This document shows positions 54,713-62,919 of a stretch of DNA of 64,000 nucleotides, piece after piece (position 1 is the stretch's first letter; each line of letters starts with the position of its first letter). The stretch comes from Candidatus Methylomirabilota bacterium. GTDB taxonomy: Bacteria > Methylomirabilota > Methylomirabilia > Rokubacteriales > CSP1-6. The stretch lies in NCBI GenBank assembly GCA_046726415.1, contig JBKPAK010000213.1, positions 1 to 64,000 of the forward strand, given 5' to 3'. Under the pieces are notes generated by a model, which was not told where the DNA came from, ran no database searches, and saw nothing but the letters and a program-made list of their open reading frames with translations. A program made the position numbers and the translations under genes.

Positions 54713-54933
54713 TGGCGTCCGTTCTTCATCTTCTGGGCCACAACAATCCTGCGCGCGCTCTGGTGGTGATGGAGGGCCAGGTGGCGGCCGGCGACACGGT
54801 GACGGTCGCCGTGGTGGGACCGCGGGCCCCGGCGCTCCCGCCCGGGGTGACCGCGTTCCGTGTGCCGGGGGACAAGTCGTGGGAGGAGCTCCTGGACGTT
54901 ATCTTCGGGGCCGACCAGGTGCTTAGCTGGTGA
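54712..54933 (+). CDS. DsrH/TusB-like small protein
   Basis: VLHLL N-terminus, WEELLDVIF..DQVLSW C-terminus; TGATG coupling to the preceding gene. Confidence 0.65.
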   Translation: MASVLHLLGHNNPARALVVMEGQVAAGDTVTVAVVGPRAPALPPGVTAFRVPGDKSWEELLDVIFGADQVLSW

Positions 54934-55039
54934 CCGCTGGGAACCTCGACGCGGGCCTCGACCGTCCCCTTCGAGCATTCCCCGAGGCGAGATGGCACAG
55001 GCCAGGCCGACGCCCGAAACGGGGTCATCCCGCACGCTC

Positions 55040-55240
55040 CTAGCGGTTCCGATACTCGTCGAGCCAAGCCATCTGGATCGACTCCAGGAGCTTTTCGTTC
55101 GATCCCTTCGGATCATCGGAGAACTCGGGCAGTTCCGTCACCCAGCGGTGGAGGTCCGTGAAGCGCACGGTGACCGGATCCAGTTCGGGAAAGCGCTCGG
55201 CCAGGGCGATGCCGATGTCTTCCGCGTCGCGCCACGTCAC
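55040..55240 (-). CDS. iscX: Fe-S assembly protein IscX
   Basis: TWRDAEDIGIAL, DP..VRFTDLHRWV..LPEFSDDP..SNEKLLE.I..AW. Confidence 0.93.
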   Translation of the reverse strand: MTWRDAEDIGIALAERFPELDPVTVRFTDLHRWVTELPEFSDDPKGSNEKLLESIQMAWLDEYRNR

Positions 55241-55560
55241 TTGGGAATCTCCACCGTCACGTTGCCTCGCACCACGGCCTGACAGCCGAGGCGCGAGTGG
55301 ATGGTCAGCCCTTCGGCCATGTCCAGCCGATCCTCCTCGTCGGGCTCCATCTCCGAAAGGTTCTCCTCGCCACTCCGGACGATCACATGGCAGGTGGTGC
55401 ACGCGCAGCTGCCGCCGCAGTTGTGCTCGAGGTGGATGTCACGGGCGAGGGCGATGTCGAGCAGCGAGCCCGGCTTGCCATGGTCGGCCAGCGGGTACTT
55501 GTCGTCATCGACCTCGACGGTCACGTTGGCCGGGAGAAACGTCACCTTGTACACTGCCAT
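55237..55560 (-). CDS. fdx: ISC-type [2Fe-2S] ferredoxin
   Basis: HNCGGSCACTTCH, SRLGCQ. Confidence 0.93.
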   Translation of the reverse strand: MAVYKVTFLPANVTVEVDDDKYPLADHGKPGSLLDIALARDIHLEHNCGGSCACTTCHVIVRSGEENLSEMEPDEEDRLDMAEGLTIHSRLGCQAVVRGNVTVEIPK

Positions 55561-57392
55561 CACGATGACTCCATGACCTCGTCGGCCCGTCGGCTGCCCA
55601 GCGCCCCCTTGAGGGCCGCATCCATCATGGTCTCCGCCAAGCGCGTCGTCACCTGGTTCAGCGCGGTGGTCTTATCGCGGATGAGATCGCGGTCGGCCCC
55701 CCCACGCGCCCGGCGCAGCTCATCAAGCGCACCCGCGATCGCCTCGCGCTCCGGCGCCGTGGCCAGGGTGCCCGCCTGACGGAGAGCGCGCTCGACGTGT
55801 GTCATCACCGTGTCCGCCTCGGTGCGCGCCTCGATCAGGAGGCGCGCCTCCACATCGGCTTCGGCGTAGGTGAAGGACTCCTCCACCATGCGCGCGACGT
55901 CGACCTCCGAGAGCCCGTACGTCGGGCGCACCTCGATGGCGGCCGCCTCGCCCGTGCGCAGCTCGCGGGCCGTGACTTGGAGGATGCCGTTGGCGTCGAT
56001 GAGAAACGTCATCTCGATCTTCGGCATGCCCGCCGGCATGGGGTCGATTCCTCGCAGCTCGAACCGGGCCAGCGAACGGCAGTCCTTGGCCAGCTCGCGC
56101 TCTCCTTGCACGACGTGGAGGTCGACCACGGTCTGCCCGTCTACCGAGGTCGTGAACAGCTCCTTGGCGCTGGTGGGGATCGTGGTATTGCGCGGGATCA
56201 GCACGCTGACAATGCCGCCCAGCGTCTCGATGCCGAGCGAGAGCGGCGTCACGTCCAGGAGCAACAGATGATCGATTCCACCGGCCAGGATGTGGGCCTG
56301 GACGGCAGCCCCCAGCGCCACCACCTCGTCGGGATTGATCTGACTATGAGGCGCCCGGCCAAACAGCTCCTCTACGCGCCGCCGCACCATGGGCACCCGT
56401 GTGGAGCCCCCCACCAGCACGACCTCGTCGATCTCCGCCGGCTCGATTCCCGCATCGGCGAGGGCCGCTCGGCATGGACCGAGCGTTCGCATCACCAGCG
56501 GCTCGATGAGCCCCTCCAGCTCGGCCCGGGTCAGCTCCCGGTGATACACGAACGTCTCGAAGGGAATGGTCACCGACGTCCGATCCAGTGCCGACAGTCG
56601 GACTTTGGCGGCCTCGGCGGCCAGGCGCAGTTCCTGAACTGACTCCGCGTCCCCGGCGAGGTCGACGCCGTGCCGGGCGCGGATCTCGTCGAGAAAGACG
56701 GTTTGCAGGGCCCGGTCGAGGTCGTCGCCTCCCAGGTGCGTGTCGCCATTGGTCGCCAGCACCTCGAAGATTCCGTCTTTGACGCGGAGGATCGAGATGT
56801 CGAACGTCCCGCCCCCGAGGTCGTACACGGCGATCAGACCATGGGAGAGCCGCTGGAGGCCGTAGGCGAGCGATGCCGCCGTTGGCTCGTTGACGATGCG
56901 AACCACGTCCAAGCCGGCGATGCGGCCGGCATCGCGCGTGGCCTGGCGTTGGCTGTCGTTGAAGTACGCGGGCACCGTCACCACGGCGTGCTCGGCAGGC
57001 TCGCCGAGGTGCCTCGCCGCGCGGTCCTTGAGGGCTCTCAGAATCACGGCCGAGACCTCGGGCGGCGTCACCGCTCGATTTCCGACGACCAGCCGAACCA
57101 GGCCCTCCCCGGGGACCACCGTGAACGGGAAGTACTGCAGCTCCTCGCGCACGTCGTCGACACCGCGGCCCATGAACCGCTTGACCGAATAGACAGTGTG
57201 ACCAGCCCGATGCACCAGCTCCCGCTTCGCCGCATCTCCGACCAGGATGCCATCGGGCGTGAATGACACCACCGACGGAAGTAGCGGCCGCCCGTCGGCA
57301 TCGGGAATGACCCGGGGCAGGCCCGTGGCCTCGTCGACGTAGGCCACCAAGCTGTTGGTGGTTCCCAGATCAATGCCGATGATGCGCGACAT
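55560..57392 (-). CDS. hscA: Fe-S assembly chaperone HscA (Hsp70)
   Basis: GIDLGTTNS, TVPAYF, NEPTAA, DLGGGTFD, PTYGL; located in the isc operon. Confidence 0.92.
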   Translation of the reverse strand: MSRIIGIDLGTTNSLVAYVDEATGLPRVIPDADGRPLLPSVVSFTPDGILVGDAAKRELVHRAGHTVYSVKRFMGRGVDDVREELQYFPFTVVPGEGLVRLVVGNRAVTPPEVSAVILRALKDRAARHLGEPAEHAVVTVPAYFNDSQRQATRDAGRIAGLDVVRIVNEPTAASLAYGLQRLSHGLIAVYDLGGGTFDISILRVKDGIFEVLATNGDTHLGGDDLDRALQTVFLDEIRARHGVDLAGDAESVQELRLAAEAAKVRLSALDRTSVTIPFETFVYHRELTRAELEGLIEPLVMRTLGPCRAALADAGIEPAEIDEVVLVGGSTRVPMVRRRVEELFGRAPHSQINPDEVVALGAAVQAHILAGGIDHLLLLDVTPLSLGIETLGGIVSVLIPRNTTIPTSAKELFTTSVDGQTVVDLHVVQGERELAKDCRSLARFELRGIDPMPAGMPKIEMTFLIDANGILQVTARELRTGEAAAIEVRPTYGLSEVDVARMVEESFTYAEADVEARLLIEARTEADTVMTHVERALRQAGTLATAPEREAIAGALDELRRARGGADRDLIRDKTTALNQVTTRLAETMMDAALKGALGSRRADEVMESS

Positions 57393-57978
57393 GTGTCTGC
57401 CGTCCCTCGTCCAGGACTTGAGTGAGGTCATCGATCACTGTCCGCAGGTAGGTGCGCGTCGCCAATGTTTCCTTGAGGGCGGCGAGGGCCCGAGGGCGTT
57501 CGCCAGGAGCCGAGATGTCCCAGGCCTCCGACAAGGGCCCTCGCAGACGTCCCTCCTCCGCGCGATACCGGATCTCGAGCTGCTCGCGTCGCTCTTGCAG
57601 AGCGGCGCGTCCGGTTGCGTCCAGGCCGCCCGCGCGGGCCTCCTGGAGCGCCTCCTGGATCTCGAACATTTCCGCCAGCAGCCCCGCGGGCGGCTTCGGC
57701 CTTGCCGCTCCCGCGTCCTCGATCTCCCGCCCCTCCAGGAGCCGCACGAGATATTCGATTCGCCGGATGGGATCGCGGAGGGCCCGATAGGCGGCATTGA
57801 CCCGAGCCGACGTCTTCAGAATCTGCGCCTGCTCCTCGGGCGACGCCCCCTGGTGGAAGTCAGGGTGGTAGCGGCGCGACAACTCGTAGAAGTTTCGCTG
57901 AAGCGCGGTCTCGTCCACCATCAACCGCCGCGGTAGTCCAAAGACCTCGAAGTAGTCCATGCCCTTTTCGTCGACCAT
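57370..57978 (-). CDS. hscB: Fe-S co-chaperone HscB
   Basis: DYFEVFGL, YHPD, VNAAYRALRDP..RIEYL. Confidence 0.92.
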   Translation of the reverse strand: MVDEKGMDYFEVFGLPRRLMVDETALQRNFYELSRRYHPDFHQGASPEEQAQILKTSARVNAAYRALRDPIRRIEYLVRLLEGREIEDAGAARPKPPAGLLAEMFEIQEALQEARAGGLDATGRAALQERREQLEIRYRAEEGRLRGPLSEAWDISAPGERPRALAALKETLATRTYLRTVIDDLTQVLDEGRQTHVAHHRH

Positions 57979-57987
57979 CAGAAATGG

Positions 57988-58015
57988 GAACGGGCCCGTG
58001 GGGCCGGGCCCGTTC
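57988..58015. other. perfect 11-bp stem-loop between iscA and hscB
   Basis: gaacgggcccg-tggggc-cgggcccgttc. Confidence 0.7.
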
Positions 58016-58036
58016 GCGCGGCGCGCTGTCGCCCCG

Positions 58037-58366
58037 CTACGCTGAGAACGACGTCCCGCAGCCGCAGCTCGACTTCGCGCTGGGATTGACAAAGGTGAAG
58101 CCGCCCGTCAGCCCCTGCGTCACGTAGTCGAGGGTCGTCCCGTTCAGGTAGAGATAGCTCTTGCGGTCGACCACGACCTTCACCCCGTCGATCTCGAACT
58201 CCTTGTCGTGGGGCCCGATCTCGGAGTCGAACTCCAGGGCGTACGACAAGCCGGAACAGCCGCCTCCCTTCACGCCCATGCGGAGGAAAACGGTATCGGG
58301 CAGGTTCTGCGACTGTTTGAGGCTCTTCAGCTGCTTCACGGCAGCCTCCGAGAGCGCCACGGGCAT
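58037..58366 (-). CDS. iscA: A-type Fe-S carrier IscA
   Basis: GGGCSGLSY, NP....CGCGTSF. Confidence 0.95.
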   Translation of the reverse strand: MPVALSEAAVKQLKSLKQSQNLPDTVFLRMGVKGGGCSGLSYALEFDSEIGPHDKEFEIDGVKVVVDRKSYLYLNGTTLDYVTQGLTGGFTFVNPSAKSSCGCGTSFSA

Positions 58367-58392
58367 GGGTAATATCCTCCTTGCCTACTCTT

Positions 58393-58809
58393 CTAAGATG
58401 CGACCCCCGCCTCGGTCGTTGCCGGTTTCGCGTGCTTCTCTCGGTAGTCGGTCAGGGCGGCCTTGATGGCGTCCTCGGCAAGGACCGAGCAGTGAATCTT
58501 GACGGGCGGCAGCTTCAGCTCATTCACGATGTCCGTGTTCTTGATCTTGCCGGCCTCATCGACGGTCTTACCCTTCAGCCACTCGGTGGCCAAGCTCGAG
58601 GAGGCGATGGCGCTGCCACAGCCGAACGTCTTGAACTTGGCGTCTTCGATGACGCCCGTGTCGAGATTGACCTTGATCTGCAGCTTCATGACGTCGCCGC
58701 ACTCAGGCGCGCCCACCAGCCCGGTACCCACGCCCGGAGCGTCCTTGGTGAAGGACCCGACGTTGCGGGGGTTGTTGTAGTGATCAACGACCTTCTCGCT
58801 ATAGGCCAT
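58393..58809 (-). CDS. iscU: Fe-S scaffold IscU
   Basis: NPRNVG, GAPECGD, FGCGSAIASSS, LPPVKIHCS. Confidence 0.97.
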   Translation of the reverse strand: MAYSEKVVDHYNNPRNVGSFTKDAPGVGTGLVGAPECGDVMKLQIKVNLDTGVIEDAKFKTFGCGSAIASSSLATEWLKGKTVDEAGKIKNTDIVNELKLPPVKIHCSVLAEDAIKAALTDYREKHAKPATTEAGVAS

Positions 58810-58823
58810 GACTCGCGCCTCCC

Positions 58824-60050
58824 TTACTCAGCTTTCCAATGAATCGACTTCAGATCAACGCCCTCCTTGGCCAGCTCGTAGAGGGGCGACATTTCGCGCA
58901 GCCGCTGCACGACCTCGATCGTCCGCTTGGCCACGTAGTCGATCTCCTCGTCGGTGTTGAACCGGTGGAGGCTGAAGCGGATCGAGGAGTGGGCCAGCTC
59001 GGTGCTCGCCCCCAGGGCCGCGATGACATAGGAAGGCTCCAAGGTCGAGGATGTGCAGGCCGACCCCGACGACAGCGCCGTCTCTTTGTTGAGCCCCATG
59101 AGCACCGACTCCCCTTCGACATAGGCGAAGGAGATGTTCAGGTTGTGGGGCAACCGTCGCTCCGGGTGCCCGTTCAGAAAGGCCTCTTCCACGTTGGACA
59201 GGATGCAATCTTGTAGTCTGTCGCGCAGCGCGGCCAACCGCGATCCTTCCGTCGACATGACCTCGCGGCAGATCTCCGCCGCCCGGCCGAATCCGACAAT
59301 CAACGGGACGGGCAGTGTCCCCGAGCGCATCCCGCGCTCGTGACCGCCCCCGTCGATGAGGGGCGCGATGCGCACGCGCGGAGCTTTGCGGCGCACATAG
59401 AGAGCACCGATGCCTTTCGGACCGTACAGCAGATGTCCCGTGCACGACAGGAGGTCGATGCCCATACCCTCGACGCTCACGGGAACTTTGCCAACCGCCT
59501 GGGTGGCATCGGTGTGGAAGATGATCCCCTTCTCTTTGGCCAGCTTCCCGATGGCGGCGATATCCTGGATCGTCCCGATCTCGTTGTTGGCAAACATGAC
59601 CGAGATCAGGATCGTCTTGTCGTTGATCGCCTTGCGAATCTCGTCCACGTCGACCAGGCCGTCGGGTTGAACAGGGACGTAGGTCACCGCCGCCCCGTGT
59701 CGCTCGAGTCGCCGGCACACGTCGAGGCCGGCCCGCTGCTCGATGACCGTGGTGACGATGTGATTGCCCTTCTCCCGGTACATCTCGACCACGCCCTTGA
59801 TAGCGAGGTTGATGGCCTCCGTTCCACCAGAGGTGAAGACGATCTCCTTGGGATCCCGAGCGCCGATGAGCGCCGCGATTTGCTCGCGCGCCCGGTCCAC
59901 CGCGGCTTCGGCCTCCCAGCCGAACGGATGGTTGCGGCTGGCTGGATGGCCGAACTTCTCCGTGAAGTACGGGATCATCGCCTCGACCACCCGCGGGTCA
60001 ACCGGGGTCGTCGACTGCGCGTCCATGAAGAGCGGAAACTTCAGCGCCAT
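58824..60050 (-). CDS. iscS: IscS homolog lacking the PLP lysine (probable pseudo-desulfurase)
   Basis: Full-length IscS with SSGSACTS, RSGT and LREMSPLYE, but TGHLLYGPKG in place of SGHKxYGPKG and EQRAG in place of EHKAV. Confidence 0.9.
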   Translation of the reverse strand: MALKFPLFMDAQSTTPVDPRVVEAMIPYFTEKFGHPASRNHPFGWEAEAAVDRAREQIAALIGARDPKEIVFTSGGTEAINLAIKGVVEMYREKGNHIVTTVIEQRAGLDVCRRLERHGAAVTYVPVQPDGLVDVDEIRKAINDKTILISVMFANNEIGTIQDIAAIGKLAKEKGIIFHTDATQAVGKVPVSVEGMGIDLLSCTGHLLYGPKGIGALYVRRKAPRVRIAPLIDGGGHERGMRSGTLPVPLIVGFGRAAEICREVMSTEGSRLAALRDRLQDCILSNVEEAFLNGHPERRLPHNLNISFAYVEGESVLMGLNKETALSSGSACTSSTLEPSYVIAALGASTELAHSSIRFSLHRFNTDEEIDYVAKRTIEVVQRLREMSPLYELAKEGVDLKSIHWKAE

Positions 60051-60499
60051 CGGTCGGTCTCCCTCACCCCCGCAATCGACAGCATTTCGGGGACGTCGTC
60101 ACTCGTCAACTCGGCCAAACTCATGCTGTCCAGCATCTGCGTCATGGCTGCTTGCAGCTTTTGCACGGGGCGCCGGAGATTGCAATGCGAGAGCTGCGGG
60201 CAATCGCTTGCTTCTTCCATGCAGCTCACGATGCGCACGGGCCCCTCCAGCGCGCGGATCACATCACCCACCGTGATCTGGGTCGGGCGCTGGGCCAGGA
60301 CGTACCCCCCCTTGGGGCCGTTCTGGCCGCTGATCAACCCGCGCTTGGCCAGACGCTGCAGGATCTTCGCGAGCAATTCCGCCGGGATATGAAACTGTTC
60401 GGCAATCCGTTTGGCGCTTACGGGCGCGAGTGCCTCGTGGATGGCGATATAATGAATCGCCATCAATCCGTAGTCGGCGCGCTTGGTAAAGCGGAGCAT
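60041..60499 (-). CDS. iscR: Rrf2 family regulator (IscR-like, three Cys)
   Basis: GPKGGYVL, ALEGP, C-X6-C-X5-C; heads the isc operon. Confidence 0.85.
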   Translation of the reverse strand: MLRFTKRADYGLMAIHYIAIHEALAPVSAKRIAEQFHIPAELLAKILQRLAKRGLISGQNGPKGGYVLAQRPTQITVGDVIRALEGPVRIVSCMEEASDCPQLSHCNLRRPVQKLQAAMTQMLDSMSLAELTSDDVPEMLSIAGVRETDRWR

Positions 60500-60572
60500 T
60501 TATGAACCCTTACGCTCGTCCGTCCACGGTCGCCCAAGCATTTGCCTCGCCCGCGGGGGGGCGCGTATGCCT

Positions 60573-60622
60573 ATCGCCGACCATTTCGGTCGTATTCTTG
60601 CACCGCCACCGACAGGAGTCAA
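60573..60622 (-). promoter_or_regulatory. isc promoter with overlapping IscR/Rrf2-type operator
   Basis: TTGACT-17 nt-AAGAAT on the minus strand; adjacent palindrome CGACC-ATTTC-GGTCG (60578-60592). Confidence 0.65.
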
Positions 60623-60638
60623 CAGGAAAAGGGTTCCC

Positions 60639-61901
60639 ATGACCTCAACTCCCGAGTTCGAGTCGAACCTTTATCACACGGCGATCGCTCAACTCGAGAG
60701 CGTGGCAGGCCGAATCGGGCTGGATTCGGACACCCTCGAGAGGCTCCGCTTGCCGAGGAGGGCTCTCGTCGTTTCCGTCCCCATCCGCATGGATAACGGC
60801 GAGACCCACGTCTTCATGGGCTATCGGGTCCACCACAACACCGCGCTCGGCCCGACGAAGGGGGGCCTCCGCTACGATCTCGAGGTGAACCTGGGTGAGG
60901 TGACGGCACTCGCGATGCTCATGACCTGGAAGTGCGCGCTCATGGGCCTGCCCTACGGCGGCGCCAAGGGCGGCGTCCGCTGCAATCCCAGGACCCTCTC
61001 CCTGCGGGAACGCGAGAATCTGACGCGGCGCTACACCGCCGAGGTGATCCTCCTCATCGGCCCCGATCTCGACATTCCTGCGCCCGACCTCGGCACCGAC
61101 GAGCAAACCATGGCGTGGGTCATGGACACTTACTCGATGACGCAGGGGAGGAGCGTCCCGGGCGTGGTCACGGGAAAGCCCCTGATCGTGGGCGGGTCAG
61201 CCGGTCGAAAAGAAGCGACCGGCCGGGGCATCGTGTATGTGCTCTACCAGGCGGCCAAGCGGCTCGGCCAGGAATTGCGCGGGCGCCGGGTGGCCGTCCA
61301 GGGGTTCGGGAACGTCGGCTCCGTCGCCGCCCGGCTCCTCTGGCGAGACGGGGTGCTGATCACCGGTGTGAGCGACGTCAAGGGAGCCATCTGGAACGAG
61401 CGCGGAATCGATCTGCCCAGCCTGGAGGCTTACATCGCCGAGGCCAGGACCGTCACTGGGTTTCCAGGAGCCGACACCCTCACGAACGCCGAGTTGCTCG
61501 AGCAACCCTGCGACGTGCTGATCCCGGCCGCCGTCGGCTCCCAGATCCACCAAAACAACGCCGCGCGGATCCGCGCCAGCATCGTGGCGGAAGGCGCCAA
61601 CGGACCCACGACCCCCGAGGGGGATCGGATCCTCCGTGAGCGCGGGGTCACCGTGATCCCCGACATCCTCGCCAATGCCGGTGGCGTCGTCGTCTCTTAT
61701 TTCGAGTGGGTCCAGGGACTCCAGTACTATTTCTGGCGCGAGACCGAGATCATCGCGCGGCTGCAAGAAGTGATGACCCGCGCGTTCAACCGCGTGTGGG
61801 CCAGTGCCTCCAAGGAAGGGGTCGATCTTCGCACGGCGGCCCTCATGGAAGGGGTCCGGAGGGTCGCCGAAGCCCACAAGGTGCGCGGACTCTATCCCTG
61901 A
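60639..61901 (+). CDS. Glu/Leu/Phe/Val dehydrogenase (glutamate dehydrogenase-like)
   Basis: GPTKGGLRY, MTWK, GGAKGG, DIPAPD, QGFGNVG, EGANGP, NAGGVVVSYFEW. Confidence 0.94.
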   Translation: MTSTPEFESNLYHTAIAQLESVAGRIGLDSDTLERLRLPRRALVVSVPIRMDNGETHVFMGYRVHHNTALGPTKGGLRYDLEVNLGEVTALAMLMTWKCALMGLPYGGAKGGVRCNPRTLSLRERENLTRRYTAEVILLIGPDLDIPAPDLGTDEQTMAWVMDTYSMTQGRSVPGVVTGKPLIVGGSAGRKEATGRGIVYVLYQAAKRLGQELRGRRVAVQGFGNVGSVAARLLWRDGVLITGVSDVKGAIWNERGIDLPSLEAYIAEARTVTGFPGADTLTNAELLEQPCDVLIPAAVGSQIHQNNAARIRASIVAEGANGPTTPEGDRILRERGVTVIPDILANAGGVVVSYFEWVQGLQYYFWRETEIIARLQEVMTRAFNRVWASASKEGVDLRTAALMEGVRRVAEAHKVRGLYP

Positions 61902-62908
61902 GGCGTGGCCAGGCTCGACGGCAGAGTCGCCCAGGCCTCCCGCAGCGCGGCGGCCGCCGTTTCCGGAGGCAACTCGTTGACGTAGATCCCCCCCACGCGG
62001 TTGATCCGCTCGAGATGCGTAATCACCTCGATGTGCCAGTGATAGTCGTCGTGGATGGTCGCCCAGTCGTCCTTCATCACACGCGACCTTTGATTCGGCG
62101 CGTTGTGGATGACCATCTCGTAGCTGGGATCGCCGAAACTTGCGGCGAGGGCGCGGAAGAGCGCGGACAGGAGGCGGGCGAGATCGCCCACCACCTCCGG
62201 ATCGACGGCGTCCTCGAAGGAACAGCCGTGTCGGCGGGGCATGATCCACGTCTCGAGTGGCGTGCGAGCGGCATAGGGAACGAGGGCGGCGAAGAACCTC
62301 GTGACATGCACCACCCGCTCCTCAGCGGCTAGCTCCTGCCGGAGGATGTCGCAGTAGAGGCACCGGCGCTTGTACTGGTAGTACTCCCGCGCTTCGCGAA
62401 GCTCTCGGCGACCGGCGTCGAACACGATCGGAATGGCCGACACCCGCGAATATGGGTGATGCGGACCCACCCCGGGTTTGCGGTGATGCCGGGAGATGAG
62501 GATGTCGCGGATCTGATCGTCGCGCTTGAGGTCCACGATGCGATCTCGATACATCCACAGGATCGACTCGAGATGCTCGGGAGCCATCGAGGCCAGGGTG
62601 TCGTCGTGACGTGGCGACTCGATGATGAGTTCGCTCGCCCCTCGCGGAGTGATGACGTCGAACATTCCCAATCCTTCCCGCACGAGCTCCCACTCGATGC
62701 GGAAGTAGGGATCGCGCTCGGCCACGACCCGTACGGTCCACCCCGGAGCGTTGGGCGGAGAATCGTCCCCGCGGTAGGCGGCGATCTCTGGACCAGAGAG
62801 GTGCTCGGCGCCGGGACAGTAGAAGCAGTCACTCTCGAGAGGTGGCTTGGACGACGGCCGGACCAGGACCCAGCGTCCACCCGTCGTATCCTTCCTCAGC
62901 TCATCCAC
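61892..62908 (-). CDS. GalT-like (HIT superfamily) protein with degenerate active site
   Basis: ELRKD....WV, CFYCPG, ELIIESPRH, CLYCDI, YHWHIE, PE.AA..LR; HHPYSR in place of HPHSQ. Confidence 0.85.
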   Translation of the reverse strand: MDELRKDTTGGRWVLVRPSSKPPLESDCFYCPGAEHLSGPEIAAYRGDDSPPNAPGWTVRVVAERDPYFRIEWELVREGLGMFDVITPRGASELIIESPRHDDTLASMAPEHLESILWMYRDRIVDLKRDDQIRDILISRHHRKPGVGPHHPYSRVSAIPIVFDAGRRELREAREYYQYKRRCLYCDILRQELAAEERVVHVTRFFAALVPYAARTPLETWIMPRRHGCSFEDAVDPEVVGDLARLLSALFRALAASFGDPSYEMVIHNAPNQRSRVMKDDWATIHDDYHWHIEVITHLERINRVGGIYVNELPPETAAAALREAWATLPSSLATPQG

Positions 62909-62919
62909 CTGCCGTCGAT

